Source: Octopus sinensis (taxonomy: Eukaryota). Taken from it: a DNA stretch of 26,604 nt. The stretch is taken from positions 1-26,604 of the forward strand of contig NW_021832946.1 in the NCBI RefSeq assembly GCF_006345805.1, given 5' to 3'. Below are positions 21,722-26,604 of this stretch, piece after piece; position 1 is the first letter of the stretch, and each line of letters begins with the position of its first letter. Under the pieces are notes generated by a model, which was not told where the DNA came from, searched no databases, and saw only the letters and a program-made list of their open reading frames with translations. Made by a program: the position numbers and the translations under genes.

Positions 21722-21760
21722 CTCGCTCGATCCCTTCTCTCCCTCTCTCTCTCTCTGTTT
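21648..21760. repeat. (CTTT)n/(CT)n
   Basis: Read directly from sequence. Confidence 0.95.
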
Positions 21761-22046
21761 CTCTCTAAGCTAAAAATTAATATCACGAACCAATTCCATG
21801 GTTTTGCTTTGAAGAAACCGTTTCTCTCCAGTCTTCCTCCACTCTCCTCCCTTATCACCCTTCCCCTCCCCCTTTCTCTCTGTAAACCTATTCAACCGGA
21901 ATCTCTTGTGTCTCAACTGATCGATATGGAATGGTAAACCAGTCAGACCAGAATCTCGACACAATAAGAATCTCTTCTGTTTGGATAACTTGACCTGACC
22001 TCGCAATCTCACCATTACCCTCAATGCTCAAACATTACCCCAACAC

Positions 22047-22104
22047 TTCTCTCTCTCTCTCTCTCTCCACGTCCTTCCTTATCTCTCTATCCACCCACTG
22101 TCTG

Positions 22105-22137
<33 letters not shown>

Positions 22138-22164
22138 ATATCTATCTATCTATCCATCCATCCA

Positions 22165-22236
<72 letters not shown>

Positions 22237-22601
22237 CCTCTCTCTCTTTCTCCCCCTCTCTCTCTCTCTCTTTCTATCTATCTATCTATCTAGCTAGCTA
22301 GCTATTATTTGTCTGTGAATCTATTTATCCGTCTATCCATCCATCCGTCCATCCATCCGTCCGTCCGTCCGTTCGTCCGTCCGTCTGTCTGTCTGTCTAT
22401 TACTCTCTCTCTCTCTCTCTCTCTCCACCTACCTGTCAGTTTACTCGCTTGTTTGTCTGTTTGTCTATTTGTCTGCCTGTCTCGTCGCCTTTCTTCCATC
22501 TAGTTTTCCTGTTTTCCTAAATTTTTCGGTAGATAGGTAGGTAGGCGGGTAGGAGGGTGCGGAGTTAGATAAATAGACGAGGAAACACATGGAAACGACA
22601 A

Positions 22602-22637
<36 letters not shown>

Positions 22638-22690
22638 AAAGCAGAGAGGGTGAGAGAGTGAGAGGCAGAGTGAGAGAGGAAGGGAGAGGA
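22047..22690. repeat. Compound (CT)n/(TATC)n/(CCAT)n/(CCGT)n/(CTGT)n/(GA)n region
   Basis: Read directly from sequence. Confidence 0.9.
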
Positions 22691-22744
22691 AGCATTGTGT
22701 AAGCAATGTGGAATGAGGGTAGGAACTTGCCTATTCGCTCCATC

Positions 22745-22817
22745 ACTCTTTCTTTCTTCTATGCAACCGCTAAGTCGCCCGTACTTCAAGAAACCAACAT
22801 CGGTTATCAAGCGGTGG
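22745..22817 (-). mobile_element. SINE fragment (family of 19401-19802)
   Basis: AACCGCTAAGT..CCAACATCGGTTATCAAGCGGTGG parallels AACCGCTAAGTT..CAACACCGGTTGTGAAGTGATGG at about 19534-19582. Confidence 0.55.
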
Positions 22818-23002
22818 AATGCAAAACTCAATCGCCAAGATGCATGCACACACATACGCACACACACACACACACACACACACACGCAAGCACGCACGCA
22901 CACGCCACACACATGTACCCACTTCCTGTTTTACTCTTATTTATGTATGGCGTATATATGAGTCTCTGACCTGTGGCATTTTACAATATACGCCTGCAGT
23001 AT

Positions 23003-23428
23003 ATCCTGAAGGAGGCGCGACAATATTCACGATAGACTCAGCTGATAAATCGACTCGTCCCACACGCAATAACAGTCGTTCGACATAGGCCCACAGGTCG
23101 GAAATGGTTAGACACTGTAACGAGTGCGTGCAGAACGGTTTCGTAGCTCTGATCGCATCTCGGGCAAGTTGGCTCCCTGTTTCTCGAGCCATGCATGTAG
23201 AGCTTATCCCAAACGGGTAGCGATTCTCGGTAGCACTGCCGAGGCCAGAGATCTCTGGAAGTTGTCCATAAGTCCCGGCTTGAAAGTTGTCTCGACCAGG
23301 TGGGTCAGGTATTCCTTGTCGACGCCCAAGTTCGCCCCGAGATCGTCATAGTACCTCCCCTCCACTAAGCCCCTATAGAATGCTTTGGTTGTGTTGAAGT
23401 CACTGAATTTCGACCCGGGACGAGACAG
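23003..23428 (-). mobile_element. L1/Tx1-clade LINE ORF2 C-terminal fragment with CCHC zinc knuckle
   Basis: LSRPGSKFSDFNTTKAFYRGLVEGRYYDDLG..FQRSLA / QCYRESLPVWDKLYMHG..TCPRCDQSYETVLHALV / QCLTISDLWAYVERLL contains CX2CX8HX4C across a 1-nt frameshift. Confidence 0.88.
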
Positions 23429-23500
23429 ATAGATAGGTAGATAGATTGATAGATAGAGTGACAGAAAGAGAGATAGATATATAGATAAATAGATAGATAC

Positions 23501-23545
<45 letters not shown>

Positions 23546-23723
23546 AAGGTAGATAGATAAATAGATATATAGATAGATAGAAAAATAGATAGAGAGATAG
23601 ATTAATAGATTAATAGATAGATAGAGATATAAATATAGATATATAGATAGATAGTAGATAGATAGATAGATAGATAGAGAGATAGAAAGATAGATAGAAA
23701 GGGAGGTAAATAGATAGATAGAT

Positions 23724-23764
<41 letters not shown>

Positions 23765-23836
23765 AAGGGAGATAGAGAGATAGAAAGAGAGATAGATAAA
23801 TAGATAAGTAGATTGATAAATAAATAGATGGATAGA
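23421..23836. repeat. (AGAT)n/(AG)n microsatellite
   Basis: Read directly from sequence. Confidence 0.95.
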
Positions 23837-24003
23837 TCAGTGAATTATGATTTTATTCAACATATTCCCCTCTCAGATTCACACATTTATTGCAGCAGTC
23901 CTTCAGTTTTTCTTAGCTCTGTAAAAGAACTCGGAAGTTCGGGCCTCCAACCAGGCCTTTTGCAAGACCCTTAAAGCCAGGAACTTTTCAGCACCCCCTC
24001 GTA
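23835..24003 (-). mobile_element. Internally deleted non-autonomous mariner (one TIR plus last transposase codons)
   Basis: The minus strand begins TA-CGAGGGGGTGCTGAAAAGTTCCTGGCTTT (24003-23973), an irritans-type mariner TIR pattern. About 70 nt later it reads KLKDCCNKCVNLRGEYVE*, a mariner C-terminus. The second TIR is missing at the (AGAT)n tract. Confidence 0.75.
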
Positions 24004-24018
24004 AGTGCTGGGGTGTAA

Positions 24019-24110
24019 GAGTTCAAATCTCGTGGAGGTAATTTTTGATTTTAACCCTTCAAAGCATCGACGAAATTAAAACACCAGTGCAAAACTGAAA
24101 TCGATAAAAT
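24019..24110 (+). mobile_element. Degenerate SINE fragment (family of 5450-5674)
   Basis: GAGTTCAAATCTCGTGGAGGT..CATCGA..ACCAGTGC..ACTGAAATCGATAAAAT parallels the B box and body of the 5450-5674 copy. Confidence 0.5.
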
Positions 24111-24537
24111 ACCCTTACATTCCACCCGTATCCGAAACATCTTTCCGTCGTCTTTCACAACGCGAATGCAAACCATTGTTCTTTGCATATTCGGTGTATT
24201 TCTTGCGTGACATTGGAATATAACCAAACTCTTTTAGTTCTTCATCAGAAGAATAAAGACAAAGAACTTCTACCTGAGGACACAGGTAACAACACAGACT
24301 AATGCAAATTCATGGACTGTGTTGATGATTCGATTCCTTTATATTAGCGGTAATTTCTTCGATTGACAATGGAATGGTCTTTTAGGAATTGGATTTGCCA
24401 GCGGTACCGTTCTTCTCCTTTGCCAATGTTTACCAAATGCGCCACATACCGTGTACTGATGTAATTAATATAAATTGTATTGCCAATTACCTGAAAAAAA
24501 TCTGTTTGAATAATACTTTGGACAGTAAATGCAGTCA

Positions 24538-24754
24538 AGGTCGCATGACCTAGAGTTTATGGTGTTGCACTCACGATTGCGAGACTGCGGTTTCGATTCC
24601 TGGATCCGGTCATGAATTATGTTCATGAGCAAAACACTTCGTTTTCCGTTGCTCTGCGATCACTTCGGCGCCTGACCTGTGATGCCACATGCTTTTTGTT
24701 CAGGCAACGTTCACCAGATGGCGGCACACGCACATTCGATTGCTGTAGACAACA
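24538..24754 (+). mobile_element. tRNA-derived CORE-like SINE (family of 8766-8978)
   Basis: GGTGTTGCACTCACGAT, GTTTCGATTCC, TGAGCAAAACACTTC and GTTGCTCTGCGATCACTTCG are collinear with 8766-8978. Confidence 0.8.
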
Positions 24755-24836
24755 GGTTTGGTCAAGTTGTGCCCCAGCAACAAATTGCAGAACTGTCTCG
24801 GACAACGAGAGTCTACTATCAACTCAACATAACCGC

Positions 24837-24861
24837 GCCGCCACCACCGCTACTACTACTA

Positions 24862-24914
<53 letters not shown>

Positions 24915-24918
24915 GCTG

Positions 24919-24964
<46 letters not shown>

Positions 24965-25069
24965 CACTACTACTACTACAACAGCAACAACAACATATAT
25001 ATGTATTTATATATGTATGTGTGTATGTATATGTATATATGTATGTACGTATATATAAGTATATACACA

Positions 25070-25106
<37 letters not shown>

Positions 25107-25210
25107 TATACACAACTATATATACATACATATATACATATACATACATAGGACCATGCACACATATATACATATACACAGATATATATTATATATATAT
25201 ATATACACAC
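24837..25210. repeat. (CTA)n/(CTG)n/(CAA)n trinucleotide tract followed by TA-rich repeats
   Basis: Read directly from sequence. Confidence 0.95.
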
Positions 25211-25444
25211 ACGGCCACAACTCTTCCTGTCTTTCCCCCTAGCTAGCCCTTCATCTCTCTCCCTCTCCCTACCCCTCTCTATCTCCTCTCTCATCGTCCT
25301 AATCTCTCCTTCGTAAGGCAGTATTTCCAATGTCCAGTCTGCTTTTTAAATCACCCTTAAATACAACCATTCACAAATACTTCTCAACTCTACAAAACCT
25401 CAGCTGTCTTCTCTCTCGTTTTCCTTCCACGACCACCACAACTC

Positions 25445-25457
25445 TGACGTCACTTCC
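25445..25457 (-). promoter_or_regulatory. Candidate overlapping ETS-CRE composite site GGAAGTGACGTCA
   Basis: The plus strand reads TGACGTCACTTCC, a full CRE palindrome abutting an ETS core. Motif match only. Confidence 0.25.
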
Positions 25458-26371
25458 ATTTCTCTCAAATCTGATTTTCACGCTCTATATCACCTGAACT
25501 TTAAATAAATAAAGAAATCACCTCACTGAAAGGAGTTTTGTTTTAATTCTGCTCCAAGGCTTTAATTCCTCTGCGATTTTAAACAGATGCTCTCTTTTAG
25601 CTTCCACCAGACCTTCTCCCACCTACCATTCCTGATTTTTCTATTCATTTAAAATTCTTCATCGCCAAGGTTCTTCTTCTGTGACGCTTGCTCTTTTAAT
25701 TGCTGTGTATTATTCCTTTACCATTCTTTCTCTCTCCCTCCCCCACCCTCTCTCTCTCTCTCTCTCTCTCTTCCCCTTTTCTCTGCCACTCTTTCTTTAA
25801 CCATTATTCCTGTGAATATCTTGCATGAAATGTTTAGACAAGTGAATATGCCTTTAGACTGTTTCCTCATTGACGTATCGTCGATTCGAGAATCAACACA
25901 ACTCGACCCACTGCCATAGAATATGGTACCACTTGTGAGTTAAGAACTCATTCTTGCATTGCAAAACACATTGGTTCCACCAAATGTAGTTTAACTTCTT
26001 TCACCAATATTTCTTTACAATATCATCAATGCTTGTCAAAGACGAATTTTATTTCTTCTCTCTTTTTTTTCTTCCCTTCTTAGAGTATCTTGAATGTCTT
26101 CGAAGTCTTTCACAAGAGCCATAAAGGTTTCCATGTTGTTGTTGATTTCTTTTTCTCTCCTTTTCTTCTCTGTTCTGTCTATCCATAGCAATGATGTTGT
26201 TATTATGATGTTGTCGTTGGGTTTTTTTTTGTAATTATTCTTTTCCAAAATGGCGGTCGCTCAGATTTCTGTCGTTAATTTATCTATGTCAAGTTTCAAA
26301 CCATATCATTGCCTGGTAGCATCTTTCCAAAGTAGAGCACTAATAACTTTCAGTTTCATCGTAAAAAGTAG

Positions 26372-26408
26372 TACACACACACACATACACAAACACACAC
26401 ACACACAT

Positions 26409-26454
<46 letters not shown>

Positions 26455-26540
26455 ACACGCACATACACACACGCGCGCGCGCACATGCACACATGCATGC
26501 ACACACATTTACATCTTGTATGCGTGTGTATGTGTGTGTG
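26372..26540. repeat. (CA)n/(TG)n microsatellite
   Basis: Read directly from sequence. Confidence 0.95.
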
Positions 26541-26604
26541 TTCTTATATGTTCTGCGTAATCTTTTCCTTTGATCATAGGTTTTTCTGTAACGCCTGAAG
26601 AAAA

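Overview
Eukaryotic, AT-rich, repeat-saturated non-coding DNA, either intergenic or inside a long intron. It is most likely from an octopod cephalopod; this is inferred from SINE sequences I recall from octopus and from the extreme microsatellite load, and no database was searched. I find no intact protein-coding gene, RNA gene or CRISPR array. Almost all ORFs in the supplied track are translations of simple repeats. Supported content: (1) decayed mariner transposase pieces, including a two-family chimera with an internal inversion at 54-1354; (2) about ten tRNA-derived SINE copies or fragments from several families; (3) LINE relics: two L1/Tx1 ORF2 fragments, one CR1/L2-group 3' end and one RTE fragment; (4) two AT-rich foldback MITE-like elements; (5) a non-autonomous Helitron nested in one foldback arm; (6) many compound microsatellites. 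The most interesting observations are the Helitron-in-foldback nest (10888-11486), two complementary oppositely oriented Tx1 fragments that both abut (ATCT)n tracts, a head-to-head full-length SINE pair with about 10 bp spacer inside a cluster of foldbacks (18.85-20.3 kb), and a 3' tail shared by a LINE and a SINE family. No novel system is demonstrated; these are leads.
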